From Lachnospiraceae bacterium (GTDB taxonomy: Bacteria; Bacillota; Clostridia; Lachnospirales; Lachnospiraceae), in contig JAFUKS010000140.1 in assembly GCA_017473445.1 (NCBI GenBank), forward strand, positions 1 to 38,909: a stretch of DNA of 38,909 nt, given 5' to 3'. Every line of letters begins with the position of its first letter. Positions within the stretch are counted from its first letter, which is position 1. The notes under the pieces are model-generated. The model did not search any database, had not been told where the DNA came from, and saw only the letters and a program-made list of their open reading frames with translations. Positions 8,149 through 20,120 of the stretch are shown in pieces. The position numbers and the translations under genes were made by a program.

Positions 8149-8855
8149 TATCTCCCCCGATTGTATTTCAAATCATAATAGATATATTGCTGCTCAAACT
8201 CTTTACGCTTTCGCTTGGATACCGGAATCACTTCCTTCGCAATCGTCACTTCTCCATTATTATACTTGCAAATCCAACGCATGTTTACAATATATTGTCT
8301 ATGTATTCGCACAAAAAATCGGGAATCCAATTGCTCCTCAATATTATTTAAGGACTCTTCTTTTCTGAACAACCGATTGCCCACCTGAAATTCCGAATAG
8401 CCATTGTAAGCCTGCACATAAAGAATATCCTTTTGCTTCACACGGCACAGTATGCGCTGATAAAACAGTTCAATACTATCATCCTTTTCTGTCAGCTCTA
8501 AGGTAGATAATACAGCCTCTTCTACTTCTTTGTAACTAAAAGGCTTGGTTACAAAACGAAATGCTCCAATATGAAACGCCTCTTTAAAACGTTCCACTGC
8601 ACTTGTAGCCATAATAAGCTTGCAATCTGAATTTCTCTGGCGAAGAATCTCACCGGTCTGAATACCATCCAATCCCGGCATCTCAATGTCCAAAAAAACT
8701 GCATCAAAATAACTTTTTTGATTCACCAATTCCTCACCTGAGGAAAAGGTTTCAATCACGTATTTGCAGCCCCTTTTGTTTAAAATAGTTTCCAAAAGCT
8801 CCTTTAATTGTTCAAGAATACACGCTTGATCATCACATAATGCCACTCTAAACAT
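8148..8855 (-). CDS. LytTR-family response regulator
   Basis: VALCDD, FLDIEMPGLDG, F.TKP receiver and FVRIHRQYIVN LytTR motifs. Start placed at MFRVAL; overlaps the kinase start. Confidence 0.92.
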   Translation of the reverse strand: MFRVALCDDQACILEQLKELLETILNKRGCKYVIETFSSGEELVNQKSYFDAVFLDIEMPGLDGIQTGEILRQRNSDCKLIMATSAVERFKEAFHIGAFRFVTKPFSYKEVEEAVLSTLELTEKDDSIELFYQRILCRVKQKDILYVQAYNGYSEFQVGNRLFRKEESLNNIEEQLDSRFFVRIHRQYIVNMRWICKYNNGEVTIAKEVIPVSKRKRKEFEQQYIYYDLKYNRGR

Positions 8856-8891
8856 ATCGGCCCCCCAATATAGTCTCTCAATCCCCTGCAA

Positions 8892-8920
8892 ATCATATCA
8901 TATTTCTGCAAATTTGTAAA
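8892..8920 (-). promoter_or_regulatory. sigmaA promoter of the regulator-kinase operon
   Basis: TTTACA-N17-TATGAT with TGn extension. Confidence 0.6.
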
Positions 8921-8995
8921 TTCTTCTATATAATTAAATACATAATTAAATGCATAATATTCGTACTTTTGAAGCTCTCCGGGACTTTTGTCTAA

Positions 8996-12172
<3,177 letters not shown>

Positions 12173-12221
12173 ACCATTCCGTCGTCAACGAAAATACAAC
12201 CTCCACAACATGATACAAAAG

Positions 12222-12256
12222 TGGCTGCAGAAACTCTTAGACGGTTTCTGCAGCCA
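12222..12256. terminator. Bidirectional terminator overlapping the LytTR gene stop
   Basis: TGGCTGCAGAAAC-N9-GTTTCTGCAGCCA with T-rich tails on both strands. Confidence 0.7.
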
Positions 12257-13019
12257 TTCTTTCTTTTCTTCTCGCTTCCTGCAACTGATATATCATGTTC
12301 ATATGCCGCTCGCTTAGTTCCTTTTGGTACTTACGGCTAACCGGTACTTCACGTCCTTCGCCCAAGGCTATAAAGGTAGGCAATACCTCTTTAATCTTGT
12401 CAAAGTTCACCACATACCCTTGATGTGCGTAGCAAAATACACTTTGATTCAACCGGTCATACAGACTTTTCAGTGATTCGTAGCATACCACTTCACCAGC
12501 TTCCAGATGAATCACACTCTGATTTCTGCGTTTCTCAATGTATAGAATATTCTGCATATCCACAAGGGTCTTTCCTTTCTGGGTATTTATCTCCAGAAAG
12601 CGTTTCTCCGCTTCTTTTATGTCATATTGATGAAAAATCTGAATAACTGCCTTTTCTACCAACTTCTTTACATCCACATACTGGGCAGGCTTTATGACAT
12701 AACCTAAGGCTTCTACTTTATAAGCATCTAAGGCATATCTGTCATGACTGGTCACAAAGCATATGATTCCATTTGCTCCCTTTTGACGTAATCTTTTTGC
12801 CACATCCATACCGGACATTTTGGGCATATCAATGTCCAAGAAAAACAAATCATATTCCTTATCACCTGATGCCACATCCTCTAATAACATTTCACCATCT
12901 GTGTATCTCTCGATAGAAAACGTATATTTATTCTCATTCATACATGCTGTCACTAAAGAATATAGGCTATCCCTAAAAAATTCTTCATCATCACATATTG
13001 CTACACTTATATTCTTCAT
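12237..13019 (-). CDS. LytTR-family response regulator
   Basis: VAICDDE, FLDIDMPKMSG, YVIKP, FCYAHQGYVVN and VPVSR motifs; GGAGG RBS. Confidence 0.92.
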   Translation of the reverse strand: MKNISVAICDDEEFFRDSLYSLVTACMNENKYTFSIERYTDGEMLLEDVASGDKEYDLFFLDIDMPKMSGMDVAKRLRQKGANGIICFVTSHDRYALDAYKVEALGYVIKPAQYVDVKKLVEKAVIQIFHQYDIKEAEKRFLEINTQKGKTLVDMQNILYIEKRRNQSVIHLEAGEVVCYESLKSLYDRLNQSVFCYAHQGYVVNFDKIKEVLPTFIALGEGREVPVSRKYQKELSERHMNMIYQLQEARRKERMAAETV

Positions 13020-13142
13020 ATGAGCGCCTCCGTTTCCTTGGATATTTTACACTTTCCTTGCTTTTCAATGGCTTGTGCCAAATCATCTGTACCTTCTCCA
13101 TAATATAATCTAGTTCGCACCTGTTCTTTCATACCATAATAT

Positions 13143-13301
13143 TTATCTCTTAAATACAACAATAAGTTTTAACACATTAGCCGGATCAGCTGACACATTA
13201 ATCAATTCCCAACCTTCTTTACACATCTTTTCGATAGTTTCCTCTGCCAGAGAAAAATCGCTTCCTTGTCTGGAAATATGCATTATTTTAACTTCTTTCA
13301 T
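13143..13301 (-). CDS. Small DUF4177-like protein (52 aa)
   Basis: MKEVKI...EETIEKMCKEGWELINV...VVFKR pattern; AGGAAGG RBS before ATG 13301. Confidence 0.65.
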   Translation of the reverse strand: MKEVKIMHISRQGSDFSLAEETIEKMCKEGWELINVSADPANVLKLIVVFKR

Positions 13302-13353
13302 CCTAATATCCTTCCTATTTTCAACAGTAAATTGCTCCCAATCTCGTGTAGCC

Positions 13354-15003
13354 TTATGGAAGTCTCCCACCCTGGATTTCCTGTACCGCTCTCCGTAACA
13401 CATCATCCCACAGAAGTCGGTTTTCATAAGTATACATATCCATATTATCCGTCCCGTTCTCCATTTCTTCCGGTTCTCTTTCCTTTACATAAATGTGCGG
13501 AGCCGTACCTACCACTGCGTTATTGGTACCATCAATGTTATAGGCCAGCTCAGGCATATAAATGAACACCAGCCCACTGGACGGCAAATAATCCATAAGG
13601 AAAGAACTCATTCTTCCTTCTCCGGCAGTATTCGTACCAATAAGTGTTGCGTTCTTACAATCCTTCAACACAAGCGCGAGCCTATCTGCTGCGGAGCCGG
13701 TTTCTCCCGATATCAGAACATAGACATTCATGTCCTCCGGTACATTCATTCCCCCTGTCAATCTGGTAATTTCTTCTGAAACCAAATAGTCCTGAGACTG
13801 TCCTAAACCATTTTCTGCCACATAGTCAGATTTTTTTAATGCCAGTTGGCGGGACGCTTTCCAGTTACTTACGATTTTCTTGGCATATTTTGTATTCGGT
13901 AAATACCATGTATGATTTATCTCCAAATCATCTCCATACAGATATGGATACAAATACATTGCCACGTAATCAAAGTTCCCTCCAAAATTATTCCGAATAT
14001 CCAAAATAATATCTGTGCACTTTATATCCTTCAGTGTATCTGCCACCGATTGCATTGTCCATTTATCTATTTGGCCAATATTCAAATATAGGATTTCATT
14101 CTCACTATCATAATAGCTGTAAAACATGTCATCAGCAACAGAAACCGGCTTCTGCTCTTTCTTTTTCACTCCCAATGCCCTGGAATAACCATCCAATACA
14201 CTTGCCACTACATCCACGTATACCTGCGACTCATGGATTGTCCCTTTCTCATCTCGAAATTTAATAGTCACCGGCACTGCCATGGCATCGGAATACGGCT
14301 CTGCACAAAAGGTCAACCATCTCCTAAAGGCTTTTTGATTTATATAATCGTACTTGATCGGCTGTGCCATTGTTCTGTCTATGTAGTCGTCCACTGCAAT
14401 ACCATCTATTTCCAGTAAGATATCTCCATTCTCAGCACAATACTCACCTGTGTAGGATTGATAATGAAATTTGTTACTTATAATCGAAAGTTCATATAAC
14501 TCTGTGCAGCTGTCCCGCATCAATGTATTCCAATATACTGATTTGTTTTTTATTCCTCTGGTGGATAAAACCTCCTCTATATTCCAACACCCAAAAGTAC
14601 CATAATAATCATAATCCGGGTAGGGTACATCCGTATGAAAGGTAGGCACATCCTCCATAATCGCATTCATTGCTGCATAAAAATCCAAATCAGTCTCTGT
14701 GTCAGTAATCATCTCTTTATATAAATCATGCCGTTCCACAAAATCAATCCCGTATTGCTTCTCTATACCGGATAAAGTATCCAATGGAAGTGATGTGGCA
14801 ATACAATTATATAAATATTCGAAATCCTTCATTTTCTCTTCCATTGACATGTTTAGCTCTATAATGGGACGTTCTGTGATTTCATTTACCTTTCTGGCTA
14901 TCTTATGACGCATCAGATAGCCACTTCCAATCAATGCCATGCATGAAATTAAATTCAAAATAATAATCAACATTCTAATATATTTATGGTTTTTTTCTTT
15001 CAT
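13354..15003 (-). CDS. Membrane-anchored S41-family serine peptidase
   Basis: N-terminal TM helix; IILDIRNNFGG, VLISGETGSAAD, LIGTNTAG and GTAPHI motifs. Confidence 0.85.
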   Translation of the reverse strand: MKEKNHKYIRMLIIILNLISCMALIGSGYLMRHKIARKVNEITERPIIELNMSMEEKMKDFEYLYNCIATSLPLDTLSGIEKQYGIDFVERHDLYKEMITDTETDLDFYAAMNAIMEDVPTFHTDVPYPDYDYYGTFGCWNIEEVLSTRGIKNKSVYWNTLMRDSCTELYELSIISNKFHYQSYTGEYCAENGDILLEIDGIAVDDYIDRTMAQPIKYDYINQKAFRRWLTFCAEPYSDAMAVPVTIKFRDEKGTIHESQVYVDVVASVLDGYSRALGVKKKEQKPVSVADDMFYSYYDSENEILYLNIGQIDKWTMQSVADTLKDIKCTDIILDIRNNFGGNFDYVAMYLYPYLYGDDLEINHTWYLPNTKYAKKIVSNWKASRQLALKKSDYVAENGLGQSQDYLVSEEITRLTGGMNVPEDMNVYVLISGETGSAADRLALVLKDCKNATLIGTNTAGEGRMSSFLMDYLPSSGLVFIYMPELAYNIDGTNNAVVGTAPHIYVKEREPEEMENGTDNMDMYTYENRLLWDDVLRRAVQEIQGGRLP

Positions 15004-15026
15004 AATCTATACTCTCGCTTTTTAGT

Positions 15027-15065
15027 GTTGTGCACAGGCGTAGTCAAATACAACCTATGCACAAC
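15027..15065. other. Intergenic stem-loop after the peptide genes
   Basis: GTTGTGCA...TGCACAAC outer stem; no U-tract on the minus strand. Confidence 0.6.
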
Positions 15066-15077
15066 TCCTATTGCTAT

Positions 15078-15275
15078 TTATTTACCATTATACAAATCCT
15101 GATAAGCCACTTGCTTACCTGTATCATAGGCATCGGATTTTGCAGACTCATACGCAGTATAAGCCAAGCATCCTACTGTTGCAATAGCTCCGACCACAGT
15201 AGCAATAGCTACTACTAAACCACCATCAGTCTCTTGTAATTCATCAATTTCCAATTCAATAAAACTACTATTCAT
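15078..15275 (-). CDS. Double-glycine-leader peptide B (class II bacteriocin-like)
   Basis: Leader FIELEIDELQETDGG, hydrophobic core LVVAIATVVGAIATVGCLAY...; AAGGAGG RBS. Confidence 0.85.
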   Translation of the reverse strand: MNSSFIELEIDELQETDGGLVVAIATVVGAIATVGCLAYTAYESAKSDAYDTGKQVAYQDLYNGK

Positions 15276-15288
15276 CTTTTTCCTCCTT

Positions 15289-15522
15289 TTACCATGTGGG
15301 CTTTTCAGGGTAATCCTTGATTAAATCAGGTCTACCATTACTATTTACCGTATCGTTATAACCGTTTATTTCAGCAACTCGAATATTATACATAATTAAG
15401 TTTGCTAAATAAATTCCTGTACGAGCACCTAAATAACTATTGACATTTCCTCCGTATGTATCAAAAATCTCATCATTTTTCAGTTCTGAAAAACATGCAC
15501 TATTTTTTACTGCAACTTCCAT
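15289..15522 (-). CDS. Double-glycine-leader peptide A (class II bacteriocin-like)
   Basis: Leader FSELKNDEIFDTYGG, core with GxxxG (GARTG) and NGYNDT; GAAAGG RBS. Confidence 0.82.
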   Translation of the reverse strand: MEVAVKNSACFSELKNDEIFDTYGGNVNSYLGARTGIYLANLIMYNIRVAEINGYNDTVNSNGRPDLIKDYPEKPTW

Positions 15523-15555
15523 ATTACTAATTTTCCTTTCAAATAAAGTATTTTC

Positions 15556-15663
15556 TTTACACTCACTCGAAAAAGCTATATACTTTACCTAGGTACTTTT
15601 TCATAAGTGCTTGTGTTGTTAGACTCCGAGGGTTTTCGCGAATTTATCGGAGTCTTTCTATTT
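15556..15663 (+). ncRNA. Candidate ~70-nt antisense sRNA (promoter to terminator)
   Basis: TTTACA (15556-15561)-N17-TATACT (15579-15584), then hairpin AGACTCCGA/TCGGAGTCT (15621-15655) with a TTCTATTT tail. Confidence 0.55.
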
Positions 15664-15750
15664 ATATAAAGCTTTGCTTGCTGCTATCTTTTCACAGCAG
15701 GCTCCGCAATATATCGTGATTATTAACATTGTATTTCTCTCTACTTTTAT

Positions 15751-15820
15751 AGCTTATTTCATCTGCATCCTACTTGCAATACGCATGTGCTATTTGGTAC
15801 GATTTCGGTGCTATTTGGTA
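15751..15820 (-). promoter_or_regulatory. Direct-repeat promoter P1 (peptides A/B)
   Basis: GTGCTATTTGGTA at 15787 and 15808 (period 21); TTGCAA-N17-TAAGCT. Confidence 0.8.
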
Positions 15821-15851
15821 ATTTTAATTTATTCACAATTCTCCTACCTAT

Positions 15852-17609
15852 TTACTGCCGAAACATCTTGTCAATCAGTACCTCCAACACACTCTTAGTC
15901 TCTATAACCACCTTTGTCTCGCAAAGCATACCTACTCTTAAGGTCACCTCCTCACCCATACGATTACAGAGTTCTCCCGGATTTACGCTGGTTTCAACCA
16001 CATAATAAGCACTACCGCTATCATTCACCTTTAAATCAGCTGACACAAATGTCACTTCTCCCCTCATGGTTCCATACTCTCTGGAGGGATAAGCACCGAC
16101 TTCATAGGTCACCTCCATGCCCTCATGTACTTTCGCAATATCCGTATTTTTCACATAACTTCTGACCATAAAGGAGCCCGCTTCAGTCTGTGGTATGATG
16201 GATAACACCTGTGCACCCGCGGTGAGATAGTCCCCTTCCACCAAATCGGTTGCCAAGTTAATTGTTCCATCCATAGTAGCCTTTACAGTAGCATTTTCTA
16301 CGCTTTGCTGCAATCCCTCTATCTGTTGTAAAAGCTGTGCCCGACTCTGTCTGCAAGTCTCCAGTTCTTCCGCTACACTATACTTCTCCTGGGTCACAAA
16401 GTTTTCTATTTCCAGACTAAAGCCCTGATCCTTTAAATTATTTTTTCCATTGGTGTACTCTAACTCCGTACCCTCACAAACAGCGAGATTCTGCTCATAC
16501 GCCAAAATGCTGTTCTCAACAGACGCAATACTCTCCTTCTCATAAGAAATTAATGCACTGCTTTTTTGTATATTGTAATCATTGATATTACTATCCAACA
16601 CTGCTTTGGCAGACTTCTCGACACTAATCTGTGCCTCCAAGCTATGTATCTGTTGCTCCAGCCCAGTAACCGTCGCCTGCAAATCCTCATCTATAACAGG
16701 CGCATCTGCAGAATCATCCACACTTGCTGTATCCACTGCCTCGCCTACTATCGGCTCCTGCTCAGGTATTGTTTCCTCAACACTCACCGTTAAAATAGGC
16801 TGCCTTGCCCCTTCTAACTTGGTCTGCAACGCCTGCATCTCAGTCTCTAATGTATGGATCCTATTTCCCGAAGCTGTGCTCTCATCTCTCCATGCCTTTG
16901 TCTTACTATCATATTGAATGATAATATTCTGATACTGAGCCAAATAATTATCCATATAATTCCGATAATAGCTTTCCGCTTCACCAAAGGAATTATTTCT
17001 ATTCTTTATTGCTTCTATCAATTGTCTGGACTTATTGATGGCTTCCTTGTAGTAATCAGCCATAGTTTCATTGGCATTCAACTTTGTTTCATAAGCCAGT
17101 AATTGCTCTGAGTAAATCTGTTTGGTGCTTTCCTCTTTTAATTCCACCAACATTTTCCGCGTAGTAACCTCACTATAATACAAATTGTCCGATGCACTTA
17201 CCGGAAACTCTTCTCCATCCTGCAGCCACGCCTGGTATACTTTAAGCATTTCTTCCTTTTCATCATTATCTGCCAGCTGTTTCTTTAATGACTCTAACTG
17301 CAAAGATTGTGCTTCATGGGAAATCGTATATAGTACATCTCCCTTTTTCACAGTCTGACCATCCTCTATCATTCGTCCGGTTATGGTCCCGGATACCTGA
17401 TTCGTCACTGTCGCCACTTCATCTGCAGCTGCGACCGTACCCGTGGCTTTCACCACAATATCCATCGTAAAGAATCCCATCCAGATAAATGCTACAATTA
17501 TCATAGCCAATATCAAATATATAAACCCTGACAGTACCGGATTGGGGCGTGCTTCATACACTTCCGTACTATCCGACATGTCCTTCATATCTACAATAAT
17601 CGGTTTCAT
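15852..17609 (-). CDS. HlyD/LcnD-like secretion accessory protein
   Basis: Single N-terminal TM, lipoyl-like half motifs (GQTVKKGDVL; VKATMDGTI), long coiled coil and beta-barrel end (YGTMRGEVTFVS, LRVGM). Confidence 0.9.
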   Translation of the reverse strand: MKPIIVDMKDMSDSTEVYEARPNPVLSGFIYLILAMIIVAFIWMGFFTMDIVVKATGTVAAADEVATVTNQVSGTITGRMIEDGQTVKKGDVLYTISHEAQSLQLESLKKQLADNDEKEEMLKVYQAWLQDGEEFPVSASDNLYYSEVTTRKMLVELKEESTKQIYSEQLLAYETKLNANETMADYYKEAINKSRQLIEAIKNRNNSFGEAESYYRNYMDNYLAQYQNIIIQYDSKTKAWRDESTASGNRIHTLETEMQALQTKLEGARQPILTVSVEETIPEQEPIVGEAVDTASVDDSADAPVIDEDLQATVTGLEQQIHSLEAQISVEKSAKAVLDSNINDYNIQKSSALISYEKESIASVENSILAYEQNLAVCEGTELEYTNGKNNLKDQGFSLEIENFVTQEKYSVAEELETCRQSRAQLLQQIEGLQQSVENATVKATMDGTINLATDLVEGDYLTAGAQVLSIIPQTEAGSFMVRSYVKNTDIAKVHEGMEVTYEVGAYPSREYGTMRGEVTFVSADLKVNDSGSAYYVVETSVNPGELCNRMGEEVTLRVGMLCETKVVIETKSVLEVLIDKMFRQ

Positions 17610-17630
17610 AGTATCCTCTCATTCTAAAAA

Positions 17631-19823
17631 TCATTCGTTAGATAATGACTGCTGTCTCACCAGCTCTGCATATTTTCCACCCAATTCTCTCAATTCTTCA
17701 TGGGTTCCGCTTTCGATAATCTTACCCTTTTCCATTACGTAAATCTTATCGCAGTTTTTAATAGTACTAAGCCTATGTGCGATGAAAATAGTAGTCATAT
17801 CCTGACAAAACTCACGAATCGTTGTATCCAGGGCACGCTCCGTAATTGCGTCCAGATTACTGGTAGCTTCATCCAAAATCAGAATATCCGGTTTTTTTAG
17901 CATAGCTCTGGCAATTGCCAGACGCTGTCTCTGTCCACCCGAGAGATTGGACCCGTTTTCTTCCAGTCTGGTTTCATATCGTAGTGGCAATTCATTAATA
18001 AAATCATGCGCCTGTGCTTTCTTTGCCGCCTCTATTACGTCATCCATAGTTACATCGTCCATACCCAGCGTCAAATTCTCCAGAATACTTCCACTAAAAA
18101 GGAATGTTTCCTGAGGAATATAGGCAATCTTGTCACGAAGACTTTCTATCTGAATATCTTCTATATTGTTATGATTAATTAATATGGCCCCTTTTTCCGG
18201 CTGATACAAATGCAGTAAGAGCTTGGACAAGGTGGTTTTACCGGAGCCGCTTTCCCCTACAAAAGCCACCTTTTCTCCCTGTTTAATATGTACATTAATA
18301 TTCTCTAATACCAACCGTCTCGTACCATAGCGGAAATCCACGTCTTTGAATTCAATATCTCCGCTCAGAGACTCCGGCTTCATCTTTTTTTGCTCGTTTT
18401 CACTCTTTTCTGCATCCAAATCCAGAATTTCACCCAAACGCTCTGCTGCAACCACCGCGGTCTGCATCTGTGGCTGTAAATTAATCAAATTCTTTACAGG
18501 ATCCAAGAAATATACCAACAGAGAATTGAATGTAATCAACTGTCCCATGGTTAGATTCCCTTCTATTACATTTACACCACCTACCCATAGTATTACAATT
18601 CCACCAATCAGCTCTATTGCAACCTTCAATGATGACTGTATATTTCCTACCAAAGACAAGTTAAATATACTTTTCAATAATTTTACAAATTTGTGCTCTG
18701 TCTCTAAATTGGCCTTACGCTCTGCATTATAAGCCTTTACGGTCTGGATACCGTTCAGAGATTCTACCAGATAAGAGGTTAATTGTGCATTGTCCTCCAT
18801 CTGCTTCTGATTTAGTTTTTTATATTGCTTATTAAAGGTAATTACAATAATCCCATACAATACTACGATGGCAAAGGCAATACCAAACATGGTTGCATTC
18901 TGCATATATAAGATAATTGCTCCTGCCACTGCCATCAACGTATCAATCATAATGGTAAGGGTTGCACCTGATATGGCATCTCTTACCTTGGATGCATCCG
19001 TAAAACGGGATATGATTTCGCCCACTTTTCTGGTGCCGAAGAAATTCATCGGCAATGCCAACACATGCCTGTAATATCCGAGCAATAACGCAATATCCAG
19101 CTTCTGGCTCAAATAAAGCAATAAATGTGAACGAAAAGCAGATAACAAAACTCTGAAAACATTTAGTATGATTACTCCCACCGACAGCGTAAACAATGTC
19201 TGTCTCAGCCCATCCGGTAGCACACTATCCATAAGTTCTTGAAAGTAAAATGCTGCCAAAATTCCTAATAGCGTGTATATCAGGGATGCCACAAAAATAT
19301 GTGCCAGCAACTTTTTCTGAGGAATCAGCAAATGAATAAATCGCTCAAACAGCCCCTGTGTATCATCACCTTTTTTGAAGCTTTCATTTTTCATTAATAA
19401 AATTAGGATACCTGTCCACTGATATTTGGGTGGCTTATCCTCTTCATGTACCTGTCCAAAAAATTCTTCCGGCGTTAGCTTTACAATACCGCAACCCGGG
19501 TCAGCAATGATAACCTGCTTCTTGGTAATTTTATGTATAACTACATAGTGCAACAATGCTCCATCCACTACTACATGTGCAATGCAGGGAAGGGGAAACT
19601 CTGAGAAAAAAGCATCTGCATTTCCCTTTACACCCTTTGCAGAAAACCCCAACTGTTCTGCCGCCTGTATCACCCCATATGCATTTGTTCCCTGCTTATC
19701 CGTTCCGGCTATTTCTCTGATTTTGGAAATGCTTATCTTATATCCGTTTTGTTTGGATATTGTCGCCAGGCACGCTGCTCCGCAATCCGTTATATCATGT
19801 TGTTTTACGCAGTAGTATTTCAT
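17631..19823 (-). CDS. Peptidase C39-containing ABC exporter (PCAT)
   Basis: QHDITDCGAAC, LLHYVV, IADP; TMD; Walker A GESGSGKT, LSGGQRQR, ILDEATS. Confidence 0.96.
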   Translation of the reverse strand: MKYYCVKQHDITDCGAACLATISKQNGYKISISKIREIAGTDKQGTNAYGVIQAAEQLGFSAKGVKGNADAFFSEFPLPCIAHVVVDGALLHYVVIHKITKKQVIIADPGCGIVKLTPEEFFGQVHEEDKPPKYQWTGILILLMKNESFKKGDDTQGLFERFIHLLIPQKKLLAHIFVASLIYTLLGILAAFYFQELMDSVLPDGLRQTLFTLSVGVIILNVFRVLLSAFRSHLLLYLSQKLDIALLLGYYRHVLALPMNFFGTRKVGEIISRFTDASKVRDAISGATLTIMIDTLMAVAGAIILYMQNATMFGIAFAIVVLYGIIVITFNKQYKKLNQKQMEDNAQLTSYLVESLNGIQTVKAYNAERKANLETEHKFVKLLKSIFNLSLVGNIQSSLKVAIELIGGIVILWVGGVNVIEGNLTMGQLITFNSLLVYFLDPVKNLINLQPQMQTAVVAAERLGEILDLDAEKSENEQKKMKPESLSGDIEFKDVDFRYGTRRLVLENINVHIKQGEKVAFVGESGSGKTTLSKLLLHLYQPEKGAILINHNNIEDIQIESLRDKIAYIPQETFLFSGSILENLTLGMDDVTMDDVIEAAKKAQAHDFINELPLRYETRLEENGSNLSGGQRQRLAIARAMLKKPDILILDEATSNLDAITERALDTTIREFCQDMTTIFIAHRLSTIKNCDKIYVMEKGKIIESGTHEELRELGGKYAELVRQQSLSNE

Positions 19824-19864
19824 CTTTGTTACCAGCTTCCCATGTAGTCGTTTTTGTCTTTTAC

Positions 19865-19934
19865 AGATTATCTGAAAAAATTATACCATGCAATATGCAT
19901 GTGCTATTTGGTAGGATTTCGATGCTATTTAACA
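19865..19934 (-). promoter_or_regulatory. Direct-repeat promoter P2 (PCAT-HlyD)
   Basis: Repeats at 19901 and 19922 (period 21); TTGCAT-N17-TAATCT. Confidence 0.8.
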
Positions 19935-20086
19935 TTCTGGGTATCTACTATGCCAAGCAAATCGAAAACCATATTCTTTATGCAACAAATAATATTATTT
20001 TGATCCCCTCCTTGTGTATCCAAAAGTTCATCCATTACCAATGTTTCAAACATATCTTCTTTTCCTATGCTGTTCTTATTTTGCAT
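19925..20086 (-). CDS. Double-glycine-leader peptide C (candidate inducer pheromone, 53 aa)
   Basis: MQNKNSIGKEDMFETLVMDELLDTQGG|DQNNIICCIKNMVFDLLGIVDTQNVK; GAAAGG RBS and its own promoter P3. Alternative start at 20053. Confidence 0.72.
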   Translation of the reverse strand: MQNKNSIGKEDMFETLVMDELLDTQGGDQNNIICCIKNMVFDLLGIVDTQNVK

Positions 20087-20120
20087 ACTTTCTACCTTTC
20101 CCTTCATCGATTGTAAACTC

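Noticed and set aside
13302-13427. 94-aa version of the DUF4177-like ORF
   Set aside because: Overlaps the S41 gene end; the RBS supports 13301.
15563-15729. Mini-ORFs MLIITIYCGACCEKIAASKALYK (15658-15729) and MKKYLGKVYSFFE in the peptide-operon leader
   Set aside because: No convincing SD and no GG leader; cannot be supported without Ribo-seq.
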